40,902 nucleotides of DNA, from NCBI GenBank assembly GCA_031263105.1, contig JAISGJ010000042.1, positions 1 to 40,902 of the forward strand. Direction: 5' to 3'. Shown here piece by piece: positions 9,437 to 18,152 of the stretch (its first letter is position 1; each line of letters opens with the position of its first letter). This DNA comes from Coriobacteriales bacterium (lineage in GTDB: Bacteria; Actinomycetota; Coriobacteriia; Coriobacteriales; UBA8131). The notes below the pieces were generated by a model. The model did not search any database. It had not been told where the DNA came from and worked only from the letters and a program-made list of their open reading frames with translations. The position numbers and the translations under genes were made by a program.

Positions 9437-10642
9437 CTAGCTGCTCAGCCTGCGGATGGGGTCGTACCAGCTGTCGGTCACCGGGAGGAAGCAGGTCGCC
9501 TCGGTCTTCTTGGTATGGATGGCCATGGCCGTCTCGTCGTCGGGGTCCTTGAAGATGCGCGGGTCGTCGGCGACGGCATCCGAGCACATATGCTCGACGA
9601 TGGCGGTGCGGGTCGCCTCGTCGACCGTCTCGGTGTTGAACACATAGGGCGTGTTGAGGACCGGCGTGGACGAGATGATGACGAACTCCCCTCCCCGGAC
9701 GTCCGTGAAGGGGTCCTCGGCATCGTCGCGGACCCGGTAGAGGGCGCCCGGCATGTTCGCCTCGCCCGAGACCAGCTCCAGGTACATATCGACGTCTATG
9801 TCGTCGAAGGCCGCCGCCTGGGCGGCGCCGCTCACCAGATTGACGACCGAGCCCTGATGGGAGTTGCCGAACAGCACCTCGCTGAAGAACTGCCCGCCCT
9901 CGAGCAGCACCTCGTTGCTGTCGAGGCCGAACTCGCCGACGATGACCGAGGAGGGCACCTTGAAGCCCGAGGTGGACGAGGCGGAGACGAAGCTGAAGCT
10001 CTTGTCCCTGAGCGGCTCCAGCGTGAAGCCCGAGCCGCTCTCATAGTTCGCGAGGTCCTCGGGGCGCACGCAGATGCGGCTGTAGTAGCAGGCAAGCTCG
10101 AGCGAGCCGTTGTCGTCGCTGTTGGTCCAGGCCGCCTGCACCGCGCCGTTCTTCTTGTTGGCCTGGATATAGCCCTCGGCGCCCATCTGCGCGATGTCGG
10201 CGCTGCCGTTGGCGATGGACTCGATGGCGACGTTGTAGTCCGTCGTGAGCATGACCTCGACCTCGCGGCCGCAGGCGGCCTTGATGGCGTCCGCGAAGGC
10301 CTCGCGCGATGCGGTCATGTCGGCGGAGGACGCGTCGGGGTAGAACACGAACACGAGCGGTGACGTGTCCGGCGCCGCCGCGCTCGGGGCACCCGTGCCG
10401 CTCCCGCCGCCGGTGCCGGCGCCGCCGCCGCCGGAGGTGCCGCCGGTGCCGCCCGTCGCGCCCGTGCCGCCGCCCCCGCCGCCTGCCGCCGTGCCGCCTG
10501 CCGCCGCAGCGTCGCCCGCGCAGCCCTGCAGCGCCCCCAGCACGCCGAACGCCAGGGCGGACGTGAGCCCGACGACGAACTGCCTGCGGTCGAGCCCGCT
10601 GCCCTGCCTTATCTCCTGCCTGATATCGTTGCGAGAATCCAA
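9437..10642 (-). CDS. phnD: Phosphonate ABC transporter substrate-binding lipoprotein PhnD with Tat signal
   Basis: TTG start with a GGGAGG RBS, DRRQFVVG twin-arginine motif, lipobox-like LQGC, TTDYNVAIE, SASSTSGFKVP and GNSHQGS; first gene of the operon. Confidence 0.9.
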   Translation of the reverse strand: MDSRNDIRQEIRQGSGLDRRQFVVGLTSALAFGVLGALQGCAGDAAAAGGTAAGGGGGGTGATGGTGGTSGGGGAGTGGGSGTGAPSAAAPDTSPLVFVFYPDASSADMTASREAFADAIKAACGREVEVMLTTDYNVAIESIANGSADIAQMGAEGYIQANKKNGAVQAAWTNSDDNGSLELACYYSRICVRPEDLANYESGSGFTLEPLRDKSFSFVSASSTSGFKVPSSVIVGEFGLDSNEVLLEGGQFFSEVLFGNSHQGSVVNLVSGAAQAAAFDDIDVDMYLELVSGEANMPGALYRVRDDAEDPFTDVRGGEFVIISSTPVLNTPYVFNTETVDEATRTAIVEHMCSDAVADDPRIFKDPDDETAMAIHTKKTEATCFLPVTDSWYDPIRRLSS

Positions 10643-10716
10643 GGTTCCTCCCTTGTCCTGTGGCGACGCGCACCGCGCGCCCTGTCTGCCATTCTCCTGT
10701 CGGATGACCGCAACAA

Positions 10717-10770
10717 ACGATACGGAGCCTCTGTACAGGAAAGGTCAGAGGAAGGAAAAATATAGATAAA
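10717..10770 (-). promoter_or_regulatory. Possible phn promoter with 11-bp-periodic Pho-box-like hexamers
   Basis: Minus-strand hexamers TTTATC, TTTTCC, CTGACC and TGTACA (plus-strand starts 10765, 10754, 10743, 10732) are exactly 11 bp apart, followed by a -10-like TATCGT (10717-10722). The matches are degenerate. Confidence 0.35.
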
Positions 10771-10813
10771 ATCAGGCTTCACGGAGCGACGGGGGCGGGG
10801 CATACCAGGGAAA

Positions 10814-10905
10814 CGGGACGTCGAGGACGCCGTCCCCTACGGATGCGGCCATGCCGCCACATCTCCCCTGCCACACCTGTAGGGGACGGCATCCTCGACG
10901 TCCCG
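10814..10905. repeat. Inverted pair of GTAG-type REP sequences (REPIN-like)
   Basis: 10879-10905 GTAGGGGACGGCATCCTCGACGTCCCG matches the reverse complement of 10814-10840 with 1 mismatch. Each copy has a GTAG foot and an internal GGGACG...CGTCCC hairpin. Confidence 0.8.
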
Positions 10906-10977
10906 CCCCAGTTTGCCCCGATGCCTGGCACGGGGGGGGGGGGGGGGGGGCACGTCCCCCCCCCCCAACCCTTGAGG

Positions 10978-12858
10978 TCACATGCCCCCAGCAGCGCTTC
11001 TTCCTGCGGTATAGCCGTAGTACATGCAGATTGAAGAAGCCACGCCGCCGCAGGGAATCGGATACTGGACGCAGAAACGGTCGCCCTGGGTGTTGCCTGC
11101 CACATACAGCCCCTTGATGACCTCGCCGGTCTCACGGTCAAAGGTGTGGCCGTGCTCATCGGAGGACAGTCCGCCCAGATTGACCAAGTTCGAGGCCGGA
11201 ACGAAGTAGGTGGCGAAGAAGGGCCCGTTTGCATCGTCAAAGGTCGTAAGCATGGTGGGCGGCTTGTTGAAGTCGTCATCTTCACCGGCCTTGCAGAGTT
11301 CCTGGTAACGCGCGATGGAGGCTTTGGCGGTGTCTTTGTCTATGCCCACCCAGTTGGGGTCGCCTTCCTTGTACAGGTTGTCCAGCAGCTCGTCGATGGT
11401 CTCGCCCCTGACAATCCAACCACCCTCGATGCCGGAATCGAAGCCGTCCACGCCGGGAACGGTGACCTCGTTGATGCCGCCGTGGGTCGGCGGGAAGCTG
11501 GGCACGCATTCTGCCCAGTTTGCATCCCACAGCATATAGCACTTCATGCCGGGCTGTGCCTCAAGCTGGTTCTCGGTCTGCTGGCCGGGAGTGTTCTCGT
11601 TCATGAAGCGCTTGCCCAACGTGTTCAGGCGCAGGTAGGGAGCAATGCCCATCGACTGCGACGGAACATCGCCGCCACCCATGAAGCCCAGCATGTTGCC
11701 CATGTGATGAATCATCGGGGCATGGTGCTGCTGAATCTTTGCACCCACCCAGTCACCGATTTTCAGGTGGTCGCCATAGAACACGGGGGTGCCGTCGGGG
11801 TCGCTGAAATCACCCATTTGCTGGATGCCGTTCTTGTAGACGTCCGGCAGAAAATACGCCTCCATGTCCTTGTTGCTCCGATAGTCGCCCGTACAGAGGA
11901 TGACGCCCTTGGAGGCGTTGACCTTCTTGTACGCGCCCGTCTCATAGTTATATATATAGCCGCCGGCCACGCGGTCGCCTTCTTTGAAAACGCACTCCAA
12001 ACGAGAGAGGAAGAAGCCCTGTGCGCCGTAGTCCTGTTCTGCCTTGGTCACGCAGGCCTCGTTGAAAGACAGTTGGTCGCACCGAAAGCTTGAAATGAAG
12101 TCGGGGTAGCCGCCTTCAGCGATGACCTTCATGGCATCGTAGCCGGGCGGCTCGGGGAGGAAGTTGGGTGCGAACCATCCCTTGGCCTCGGGGTCGCCCA
12201 TCAACGCCTGGCCGTCGGCCTGGGTCGGGGCAATGGTCAATTCCCCACCCAGGTCCTGATACGGCTGGATATACCAGCTGAACACCTCGTCGTGGTTCCA
12301 CGCCCATTCCCTCCAGATTGCCTGGCTGGGAAAGCCTGAGCCCTCAAGCAGCATACGCTCGATGATGACGTTGGGGTCGTATTTGTTCACACGGTCCCAA
12401 TTGGCCTGTATCGACCTGTCGCTCCTGCCAAGGATGAATATCTCGCCCGAAGAAGACGAGACGGCTGCCTGCTTGTCACAGTAGATGACCTTCGCACCGC
12501 TTTCGGCCGCTGCCAGAATCGCACAGCAACCGGAAATGCCGGTGCCGGCCACAAGGACGTCACAGTCGAGGGTCTCCTCGACATCCTCGTCGGCGACGGT
12601 CGGCGGGGCGGTGGACCAGGGATAGGGCTGATTGCCGCTGCCGATGCCGCTGGCATTGGCGGTCTCGGGCGCTCCACCGGTCGCGGCCCCGGTCGCGGGT
12701 GTGCCTCCGGCCTCGGGTTCACCGGTATCGCCGCTGCCGCCGCCCTCGTCGGCGTTGGGCGCACAGCCGACAACCGCCCCAGCGACGCCTGCTGCCGCCA
12801 GTAGTCCCGCTCCTGTCAAAAACGTGCGTCTGTCGAGTCCGTGCTCTCTGTCGCTCAT
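10978..12858 (-). CDS. Tat-exported FAD-binding lipoprotein of the fumarate reductase/flavocytochrome c flavin-subunit superfamily; substrate unknown
   Basis: DRRTFLTGAG Tat motif, VVGC lipobox, DVLVAGTGISG Rossmann motif, GVILCTGDY, GKRFMNE, NLGGL and IKGLYVAGN...GYTAG. Confidence 0.88.
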   Translation of the reverse strand: MSDREHGLDRRTFLTGAGLLAAAGVAGAVVGCAPNADEGGGSGDTGEPEAGGTPATGAATGGAPETANASGIGSGNQPYPWSTAPPTVADEDVEETLDCDVLVAGTGISGCCAILAAAESGAKVIYCDKQAAVSSSSGEIFILGRSDRSIQANWDRVNKYDPNVIIERMLLEGSGFPSQAIWREWAWNHDEVFSWYIQPYQDLGGELTIAPTQADGQALMGDPEAKGWFAPNFLPEPPGYDAMKVIAEGGYPDFISSFRCDQLSFNEACVTKAEQDYGAQGFFLSRLECVFKEGDRVAGGYIYNYETGAYKKVNASKGVILCTGDYRSNKDMEAYFLPDVYKNGIQQMGDFSDPDGTPVFYGDHLKIGDWVGAKIQQHHAPMIHHMGNMLGFMGGGDVPSQSMGIAPYLRLNTLGKRFMNENTPGQQTENQLEAQPGMKCYMLWDANWAECVPSFPPTHGGINEVTVPGVDGFDSGIEGGWIVRGETIDELLDNLYKEGDPNWVGIDKDTAKASIARYQELCKAGEDDDFNKPPTMLTTFDDANGPFFATYFVPASNLVNLGGLSSDEHGHTFDRETGEVIKGLYVAGNTQGDRFCVQYPIPCGGVASSICMYYGYTAGRSAAGGM

Positions 12859-12892
12859 CTGAATCCTTTCTCGTGCCTATTCGAGTACTTCA

Positions 12893-12916
12893 GTGAACTT
12901 CACCGGAATCGGTGAA
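12893..12916. promoter_or_regulatory. Palindromic operator-like site upstream of the flavoprotein gene
   Basis: TTCACCG-GAAT-CGGTGAA (12899-12916) overlaps GTGAA-C-TTCAC (12893-12903) in the divergent intergenic region. Confidence 0.4.
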
Positions 12917-13008
12917 CCCCACCAGAACGTCTCGTACTTTAGGTACGGGCGCTCCCGATACCTATCAATGACCGTGGGTATTCCCAAAAGATTTGTCCCC
13001 CAAATCAG

Positions 13009-14592
13009 GTGGTTTTACAATCGGCTCAAACGAACTGCGGATTCGGGTGGCGCGCATGCAGCGCAACCGAGCAAAATGAGCTACCATGGTCGAATCGAGG
13101 AGAATCAAGCGGACAACAACTGAGGAAGGAACGGCTGTTTCTTTTGAGCGGCAATCTCGGGGGAAACCGACAAAACCTGCCGGGCGCTGTGAGCGTTGCC
13201 AGTCTGGGGGCTTACGCTGCACTGCTTCTGTTCCTTGTTGACGGCGCAGAGCAGTTCTCGGCCCTGGTGGCTGACGGCATCGATATCGTATACCTTTTCG
13301 TAGCGGGGCTTTGTGCAATCATGTGCTGCGGACTGGTCTTTGTGGTGCAAGGCTCGCTGTCTGCGACCACGTCATACCGTTACCTTGGCAGCAAGGCGGG
13401 AGCTGTCACTGCCTTTGGGTACGTGTCTTGTCTCCTTGCGAGCCATGTGCCCTCCCCCGCTGCACTTTGCGTTGCGCTCAGCGTTCTGTTCGGATACGGA
13501 CTGGCATTGCTCGGTCTGAGCAAAGGCCTGGTTCTGTGCAGCCTGCAACGGCACACACGCTGGCGCTATGCGGCCACCTCCGGTCTGATTGCGAGTGCGG
13601 TCAAACTGCTTTTGGGCGTCATGCCCTCCCCTGCGCTCGGTGTCTGTGTGGGAATCCTCATAGTTCTTGCATCGCTTGCGCCGAAAACCATAGAACTGTG
13701 CAAAGACCCTGATGCCGCAAGCGACCTCTCGGCCTTGGATGTCGCCAAGGGCGTTGCGAGCAGGAACTGGATTTTCTTGCTTGGATTACTGCTGAGCATA
13801 GCCATCGGAGCATGGGTCTGGAACGACGTCAACACCAACGAAACGGCTCTCTTCACACTGAACCCCAGCGCTCGGTCAGGGGTTTCTGTGGGGTCGTTTC
13901 TTGCCGCGCTCCTGTTGGTCTTTCTCGTCAGCGACAGGTCACTGAAACGACTTGACACCCTGATGCCGGTTTTCCCCGTTACGTGCATAGCCATGAATGT
14001 GCTCAATTGGTTTCTCAGCGTCTGGCAGGACGGGCTGAGCATAGGCGGCGGCTTCGAATCATCTGCGGGGGCGTTTCTTGGGAGCATACTGATTGGATTC
14101 CCCATCACGCTTCTTTTTATCGTGTTCGTCACACGTCTGGCGGACAAGCCGAACAACGACAGCCTTTCCCCTGCCTTCACATACGGCCTGTTCACTTTGC
14201 TCACCGCAGCGTTCTTCCTGCTCTATACCATGCTTCAATCGGTGATGGCATTTGAAACCAGCAGGGTCGTCGATATGTCGCTGAAAGTCACCTACCTGGT
14301 CATCGCGGTAATCCACATGACCGTGCTCACCCAACGAAAGGCCCAGACAGCAGAACCGCTGTCAGAGCTGAGAATCGAAGAGGCCGCCAAGCGATTCTTG
14401 CTGTCCAAGCGCGAGACCGAGATAGTGCAGCTGCTGATGCAGGGGAGAAGCGTGCCCTTCATTGCGGAAACCCAGTTCGTCTCCCAAAACACGGTCAGGA
14501 CCCACGTTAAGCGGATTTACACAAAAACCGGCGCCCACAGCCGCGACGAGCTCCTTGACATCATGTACGACCTGGGCGAAAACTCAGCCTAG
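13009..14592 (+). CDS. Membrane-anchored LuxR-family transcriptional regulator (multi-TM sensor plus C-terminal HTH)
   Basis: About a dozen hydrophobic segments, then the LuxR HTH LSKRETEIVQLLMQGRSVPFIAETQFVSQNTVRTHVKRIYTK. The true start is probably downstream of 13009 (e.g. 13144 or 13189). Confidence 0.88.
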   Translation: MVLQSAQTNCGFGWRACSATEQNELPWSNRGESSGQQLRKERLFLLSGNLGGNRQNLPGAVSVASLGAYAALLLFLVDGAEQFSALVADGIDIVYLFVAGLCAIMCCGLVFVVQGSLSATTSYRYLGSKAGAVTAFGYVSCLLASHVPSPAALCVALSVLFGYGLALLGLSKGLVLCSLQRHTRWRYAATSGLIASAVKLLLGVMPSPALGVCVGILIVLASLAPKTIELCKDPDAASDLSALDVAKGVASRNWIFLLGLLLSIAIGAWVWNDVNTNETALFTLNPSARSGVSVGSFLAALLLVFLVSDRSLKRLDTLMPVFPVTCIAMNVLNWFLSVWQDGLSIGGGFESSAGAFLGSILIGFPITLLFIVFVTRLADKPNNDSLSPAFTYGLFTLLTAAFFLLYTMLQSVMAFETSRVVDMSLKVTYLVIAVIHMTVLTQRKAQTAEPLSELRIEEAAKRFLLSKRETEIVQLLMQGRSVPFIAETQFVSQNTVRTHVKRIYTKTGAHSRDELLDIMYDLGENSA

Positions 14593-14625
14593 GGAAGTGC
14601 CGATTAATTGCTTGCCCGCCAGATT

Positions 14626-14751
14626 GCGCCTGACTTGCCCCAGGTCTGTTCGGGAGCGCAGCGCCACTACTTGCGGTAATGGCGCTGTGCTCACGGGCAG
14701 AGCTGGGGCAAGTCAGGCGTGAGATGGAAAACAGTCCAGTGGACTGTTTTC
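14626..14751. repeat. Long imperfect hairpin followed by a perfect 12-bp-arm palindrome, between converging genes
   Basis: CGCCTGACTTGCCCCAG (14627-14643) pairs perfectly with 14703-14719, and the inner stem continues mostly with G-T wobbles. GAAAACAGTCCA-G-TGGACTGTTTTC follows at 14727-14751. Confidence 0.8.
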
Positions 14752-14817
14752 GGGCGAAGCTGCGAAGCAGCGCGTGAGCCCCCGTAGCGCAATGAATAAA
14801 TCGGCGCTTCCCTAGCG

Positions 14818-15129
14818 TCAGAGGCGGCTTTTCTTGCCGAACAGGTAGTCGTGTGATCCTGTGATGACGAAGGATACCTGGCCTATCTCTCTGTCAACCA
14901 CATAGCCGAGCAGCCAATCGACCCTTTCGTCGATGTGGCACTCGCGCCGGCCCTTCTTGTCGCCCGTCAACTGATGGTCCTTGAACTTGGCTTCAAGGAT
15001 TGCGCGAGCCTCGTCGGTGTCCTCCATGACAAGGGACAGGACATGCTTCAGCTTGTCCATATCCCGATGCTTCTTCTGCTGGGTCTTGATGTCGCGGTTG
15101 AAGCCGGCCTCGTATTTCGCCTCCAGCAT
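14818..15129 (-). CDS. yafQ: Type II TA toxin, YafQ/RelE family mRNA interferase
   Basis: FNRDIK, KDHQLTG, RECHI...DWLL and TGSHDYLF motifs; 1-nt overlap with the antitoxin stop. Confidence 0.88.
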   Translation of the reverse strand: MLEAKYEAGFNRDIKTQQKKHRDMDKLKHVLSLVMEDTDEARAILEAKFKDHQLTGDKKGRRECHIDERVDWLLGYVVDREIGQVSFVITGSHDYLFGKKSRL

Positions 15130-15398
15130 CAGATGCCCAAGGCATCGAAAAGGGCATCGGGCGACGGGTGTCCCGCAGTGCCGTCCCGCACGTGCCCCTC
15201 GGCCTCGAGGAAGCGCGCCTCCGTCTCGGGTGCAAGCCGCTCAGCAGGGTATTCCACCTTGAACGGCAGGCCGTTGTGCAGGATTATCTGAGAGTAGAAC
15301 GCACGGGTCGCCGAGGATATGTCAAGGCCAAGGCCGCCGAGAATGCCGACCACTTGGCCCTTCACATTGTCATCGACTCGTATGGTCACAGAATCCAC
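15129..15398 (-). CDS. Type II TA antitoxin, RelB/DinJ family
   Basis: TIRVDDNVK...LGLDISSATRAFYSQIILHNGLPF. GTG at 15398 with a GGAG RBS, directly upstream of yafQ. Confidence 0.87.
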   Translation of the reverse strand: MDSVTIRVDDNVKGQVVGILGGLGLDISSATRAFYSQIILHNGLPFKVEYPAERLAPETEARFLEAEGHVRDGTAGHPSPDALFDALGI

Positions 15399-15420
15399 TA
15401 TGCTCCAATCGCCGAAGATA

Positions 15421-15458
15421 TGTAAGACATTATATAACAAACTGCTTACTAGTTGGAA
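15421..15458 (-). promoter_or_regulatory. Sigma70-type promoter and operator of the TA operon
   Basis: Minus strand TTCCAA-18 nt-TATAAT (15429-15434). An imperfect inverted repeat, TGTAAGACA...TGCTTACT, brackets the -10, as expected for TA autorepression. Confidence 0.6.
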
Positions 15459-15473
15459 TAGGCCAGCAGACAA

Positions 15474-15509
15474 GACAAAAGGGGACAGACGTACCGTCCC
15501 CTCTGTCAC
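15474..15509 (-). terminator. Hairpin or terminator-like repeat downstream of the acyl-CoA synthetase
   Basis: AGGGGAC/GTCCCCT stem followed on the minus strand by TTTGTCTTGTC; shares its core with the 27-bp repeats at 27-80. Confidence 0.5.
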
Positions 15510-15532
15510 CGCTGCCGCGCCCCGCGCTCACC

Positions 15533-17251
15533 CTACGCCGTCTCGGCTTGCTTGCGCTCTTCGACGAGCTCGGCGGCGGTCTCGCGGAGCTTGAACTTCT
15601 GCACCTTCTTGCTCGTCGTTTCGGGGTACTCGTCGACGAAGAAGACGTACTTGGGCACCTTGAAGCGCGCCATGTGCTTGACGGTGTGCTCGCGTATCCC
15701 CTGCTCGCTGAGTTCGAAGCCCTCGCGCTGTTTGATGAAGGCGACGACTATCTCCCCATAATGCTCGTCGGGGGCCCCGACGACCTGGGCGTCGAGCACG
15801 CCCGGAACCGTGAGCAGGAAGTTCTCGACCTCGAGCGGGTAGATGTTCTCGCCGCCCCGGATGATCATGTCCTTGATGCGGCCGGTCACCTTGTAGTAGC
15901 CGTCCTCGTCGAAGCTGCCGAGGTCGCCCGAGTGCAGGAAGCCGTCCCCGTCTATCGCACGGGCCGTCTCCTCGGGCATCTTGTAGTAGCCCTTCATGAC
16001 GTTGTAGCCCTTGCAGCACAGCTCGCCCACCTCGCCGGGGCCGCAGACGTGACCGTCGGCAGGGTCGATGACGCGCACCTCGACCGGCTCGTGGGGCCTG
16101 CCTATCGTGTAGAGGCGGTGCTCCATGCTGTCGTCCCAGGAGGTCTGGATGAACACCGGGGAGGTCTCGGTGAGGCCGTAGCAGTTGGTGATCTGCGTCA
16201 TGCCCATGCGCTCGATGGCCTCGCGGATGACCTCCGGCGGCACGGCGGCGCCTGCTATGATGCCCGTGCGCAGCGAGCTCAGGTCGAACTCCTCGAACAT
16301 CGGATGGTTGAGCTCGGCTATGTACATCGTCGGGACCCCGTAGACGGCGGTCGCGCGCTCCTTGTGGACGGCCTGCAGCACCTGGAGCGCGTCGAACTCC
16401 TCGACCACCACCATCGTCGAGCGGTGCGTGAGCACGGCCATGACGCCGAGCACGCAGCCGAAGCAGTGGAAGAAGGGCACGGGGAGGCAGACGCGGTCGT
16501 CCGTGGCGAGGCGTTCGCGCTCGCCGATGTAGAAGCCGTTGTTGAGGATGTTGCGGTGCGTGAGCATGACGCCTTTGGGGAAGCCCGTCGTGCCGCTCGT
16601 GTACTGCATGTTCACGGGGTCGGTGTTCGTGAAGGCCGTGCACGCCTCTGCCAGCCTCTCGTCGTCGATGTGCTGGCCGAGCAGGATGAGCTCGGGAACC
16701 GAGTAGAACCCGCGATGCTTCTCCGGCCCCATGTACACGAGGTTCTTGAGGTGAGGGTACTCCGTGGCGGAAAGGCGCCCGCGCTCGCTCGTGAGGGCCT
16801 CGGGGACAAGGTCGCGGATTATCTTGAGATAGTCCACGTCACGCCACGCGTCGATGATGCACAGCGTCGTCATGTCGCTCTGCTTGAGCACGTAGTCGAG
16901 CTCGTGGCTCTTGTAGGCGGGGTTCATGGTCACGAGCACGATGCCGACCTTGGCGGTCGCGAACATGAAGGTCAGCCAGTCCGGGATGTTGCGCGCCCAG
17001 ACGCCGAGGTGGTCCCCCGGCTCCATCCCGATGGCGAGCAGGCCCTTGGCGAGGTTGTCGGTGCGCTCGTCGAAGTCGCGGTAGGTCCAGCGCAGGTCGC
17101 GGTCGGGGTAGACGATGAACTCGTGGTCGGGGCCTTGGGCGACCTGGGCGCGGAAGTACTCGCCGATGGTCAGCTCCGTGTGGAGCGGCGGGGCGGCGGC
17201 GTGCGGCGGCGTGGCGGCGGCGGCCGCAGCGGCGGCGGTTTCGCTTGTCAT
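15533..17251 (-). CDS. AMP-binding acyl-CoA synthetase (ACSF2/FadD-like)
   Basis: [50 protein letters not shown] and [11 protein letters not shown] at 17251 with a GAGGTG RBS. Confidence 0.93.
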   Translation of the reverse strand: MTSETAAAAAAAATPPHAAAPPLHTELTIGEYFRAQVAQGPDHEFIVYPDRDLRWTYRDFDERTDNLAKGLLAIGMEPGDHLGVWARNIPDWLTFMFATAKVGIVLVTMNPAYKSHELDYVLKQSDMTTLCIIDAWRDVDYLKIIRDLVPEALTSERGRLSATEYPHLKNLVYMGPEKHRGFYSVPELILLGQHIDDERLAEACTAFTNTDPVNMQYTSGTTGFPKGVMLTHRNILNNGFYIGERERLATDDRVCLPVPFFHCFGCVLGVMAVLTHRSTMVVVEEFDALQVLQAVHKERATAVYGVPTMYIAELNHPMFEEFDLSSLRTGIIAGAAVPPEVIREAIERMGMTQITNCYGLTETSPVFIQTSWDDSMEHRLYTIGRPHEPVEVRVIDPADGHVCGPGEVGELCCKGYNVMKGYYKMPEETARAIDGDGFLHSGDLGSFDEDGYYKVTGRIKDMIIRGGENIYPLEVENFLLTVPGVLDAQVVGAPDEHYGEIVVAFIKQREGFELSEQGIREHTVKHMARFKVPKYVFFVDEYPETTSKKVQKFKLRETAAELVEERKQAETA

Positions 17252-17261
17252 GGCAGCCACC

Positions 17262-17837
17262 TCACGCAGGGGTGTAGACACAGGCGACGAACCGCGCGGG
17301 TTCTCCTCCGTGCGAGCGCACCTGATGCGGCACAATGGAGTCGTAATAGATGCTGTCGCCCGGCTGCAGCACGAAGGTGTCCTTGCCGTACTCGATCTCG
17401 AGCGGCCCTTCGAGCGCGAACAGCCACTCCTCTCCCTCGTGGGCGGAGAGCTGGTGCTCGGTCGCCTCGGAGGGCTCCAGCGTGATGTAGAAGGGCTCCA
17501 TATGGCGTGCTGCCTTGCCCTCCGCGAGCGCGTTGAACACGAGCCCCCCGGCGTCGCTGTGGGTCTCAAGCGCCTTGAGGCGGGTGGTCTGCGTGTAGTC
17601 CGTGGAGCGGACGAGCGCCGGCCCCAGGTTCTCGTCGTCGTCGAGCAGGGTACCGAGGCGCACGCCCAGGGCGCGCGTGATCCTGATGAGCGGGGCGAGC
17701 GACGGCACGATGTCGCCCGCCTCTATCCCCTCGATGGTCTCCACGTCCGCGCCGCAGCGCTCGGCAAGCTCTTCAGGTGACAGCAGCAGAGCCTCCCGAA
17801 GTTCCGTTATCTTACGGCCGATGCCAGTGTCGCTCAT
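17262..17837 (-). CDS. XRE-family HTH plus cupin transcriptional regulator
   Basis: N-terminal HTH (IGRKITELR...[15 protein letters not shown]) and a C-terminal cupin ([18 protein letters not shown]). ATG at 17837 with an AAGGTG RBS. Confidence 0.92.
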   Translation of the reverse strand: MSDTGIGRKITELREALLLSPEELAERCGADVETIEGIEAGDIVPSLAPLIRITRALGVRLGTLLDDDENLGPALVRSTDYTQTTRLKALETHSDAGGLVFNALAEGKAARHMEPFYITLEPSEATEHQLSAHEGEEWLFALEGPLEIEYGKDTFVLQPGDSIYYDSIVPHQVRSHGGEPARFVACVYTPA

Positions 17838-17992
17838 AACTATCACCTTCTTTTCTGGGACGGGCCCCCTCTGGGCCTTCCGTTGCGGGACGCGCCCGAA
17901 CCCGAACCGGACGCATAGCCGAGTATTGTACTACAAAGCAAAGGGCAGGGCTGCAACGAGACGGGAACTCGTGCAGCACCGCCTCCTTATGA

Positions 17993-18152
17993 GGTTACCG
18001 TGTTCACACCCTCACTGTCATTCCGGGCCCCGCCGAGGAATCCTTGGACACGCAGTGTCCAACGGCAGGTCGGGGGGTCCTTCGGCCTGCGGTCGACCGC
18101 TTGCGCGACCGAGGATCCCTCGGCAGGCTCGGGATGACAGTGGGGTGTGAAC
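17993..18152. repeat. Palindromic element (TGTCATTCCG...CGGGATGACA family), copy 1, overlapping the apgM 3' end
   Basis: Left arm GTTCACACCCTCACTGTCATTCCG against the reverse complement of the right arm, GTTCACACCCCACTGTCATCCCG. An inner GCCGAGGAATCC/GGATCCCTCGGC pair is present. Same family as 24949-25197. Confidence 0.85.
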
